DNA of 64,000 bases from Flavobacteriales bacterium (GTDB taxonomy: Bacteria > Bacteroidota > Bacteroidia > Flavobacteriales_G > Salibacteraceae), in assembly GCA_018609045.1 (NCBI GenBank), contig JABAYK010000009.1, positions 57,006 to 121,005 on the forward strand, in the 5' to 3' direction. The position numbers were made by a program, and so were the translations under genes. Numbering within the stretch: position 1 is the stretch's first letter; every line of letters begins with the position of its first letter. This document shows, one piece after another, positions 63,014-64,000 of the stretch. The notes beneath the pieces are model-generated. The model saw only the letters and a program-made list of their open reading frames with translations, did not search any database and was not told the DNA's origin.

Positions 63014-64000
63014 AGGGTAAATTCTCCTCTTAAAGAAATTTTTAAATATTCAATAATCTCTTCTCTCGAAAAGCCACAACCTAACAAAACCATCAATTTT
63101 GTAATGGCAGCTTCAAAAGTAATATCGTTTCCACCAATTACTCCTAGCCTATTAAAGGCCGATGAAGTTTCATACAAACCTTGTTTTACAGAGCCAATTT
63201 CACATTGTGTTACATTTAAAATTATGATCCCATTTTCTATGGCTGCGTTTAACATTTCTAAAAACCAAACATCGGTTGTAGCATTGCCTGCACCGTAAGT
63301 TAATAACACGAGAGCTTTTAGATTGGTAGTTTTCAAAATTGCTTCTACCGCCTGTGGCCGAATTCCAGGATATAAATGCAAAACATGAACATTGGGGTCT
63401 AGCTCCTTGTGAACTTGGAAAGCTTTATCAGGATACTTTAAAATTTGCGATTGATTAAAATTAATACCAATACCAACTTTAGCCAAAGGGCGGTAATTTG
63501 GTGAATCGAACGCTTCAAAATATTCTGCATTTTTTTTGTGTGTTCTATTTCCTCTATAAAGGCCATCTTCAAAAAGAATACAAACTTCAGGAACTTTAGG
63601 TGTTCCATCATCATTTTTTAAAGCCGCAATTTCTACTGCTGTAATAAGGTTTTCTTTTCCATCGGTCCTTATTTGACCAATTGGTAATTGTGAGCCTGTA
63701 AACACCACAGGTTTACCCAAATTTTCGAGCATAAAGCTTAAAGCTGATGCTGAAAAAGCCATGGTATCAGAACCGTGTAAAATCACGAAACCTTCGTAAG
63801 AATAATAATTTTCTTCAATTACTGTGGCAATCTCAACCCAATGTTCTGTAGAAATATTTGAAGAATCTATAGGAACGTCAAAAGAGTAGCAATCAATTTC
63901 TAAGTTAAGCCTTTTTAGCTCTGGAATTTGATCATCAATATGGTGAAAATCAACTGGAATTAAAGCATTGGTAAGCCTATCGTAAGCCATTCCAATTGTG
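63010..64000 (-). CDS. ansA: type I L-asparaginase (5' end beyond window edge)
   Basis: HGSDTMAFSASALSFML, GSQLPIG and YGAGN motifs. The frame stays open to the window end, where the reverse complement reads ..TIGMAYD, part of the conserved GGTIGM motif, so the N-terminus is truncated by the window. Confidence 0.85.
   Translation of the reverse strand, partial: TIGMAYDRLTNALIPVDFHHIDDQIPELKRLNLEIDCYSFDVPIDSSNISTEHWVEIATVIEENYYSYEGFVILHGSDTMAFSASALSFMLENLGKPVVFTGSQLPIGQIRTDGKENLITAVEIAALKNDDGTPKVPEVCILFEDGLYRGNRTHKKNAEYFEAFDSPNYRPLAKVGIGINFNQSQILKYPDKAFQVHKELDPNVHVLHLYPGIRPQAVEAILKTTNLKALVLLTYGAGNATTDVWFLEMLNAAIENGIIILNVTQCEIGSVKQGLYETSSAFNRLGVIGGNDITFEAAITKLMVLLGCGFSREEIIEYLKISLRGEFTL

Overview
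AT-rich (roughly mid-30s % GC by eye, not computed) chromosomal segment of a Bacteroidota, Flavobacteriia-like bacterium. Supporting signs are many T9SS C-terminal sorting domains, TAnnTTTG -7 promoter boxes, a Lacal_2735-type small protein, and the pdxJ / CBS-nadK-DUF6089x2-uppS-bamA-skp-skp-murI synteny. I can support about 55 protein genes, one tRNA-Ser(GGA), several intrinsic terminators and one cluster of REP-like palindromic repeats. I see no rRNA, CRISPR array, transposase, integrase or phage genes. Most of the window is housekeeping (pdxJ, nadK, bamA, murI, rbfA, menB, hflX, dusB, ansA, ExbB/ExbD) or cell-surface/outer-membrane functions (two TonB-dependent receptors, T9SS cargo, a SprB-repeat adhesin, S9 peptidases). 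The stand-out is a minus-strand operon at 35.8-38.8 kb. It encodes a Sec-signal-bearing 132-aa peptide with three KCGEG(K/T)CG motifs, then a hairpin/U-tract attenuator, a DUF692 (MNIO) enzyme, a DUF2063 partner and a DUF2911/TPR-like lipoprotein. This is a predicted HvfABC/bufferin/methanobactin-type RiPP metallophore system in a phylum where, to my knowledge, none has been characterised. Three genes also look damaged. A sigma-54 response regulator carries two in-frame TAA codons, both at expected Tyr positions. uppS has an internal deletion plus a frameshift. murI lacks a canonical start codon. A translationally coupled lipoprotein / TonB-receptor / PorV-like / NHL-lipoprotein module sits next to T9SS cargo genes. 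All family assignments come from reading motifs by eye; no database search was run.
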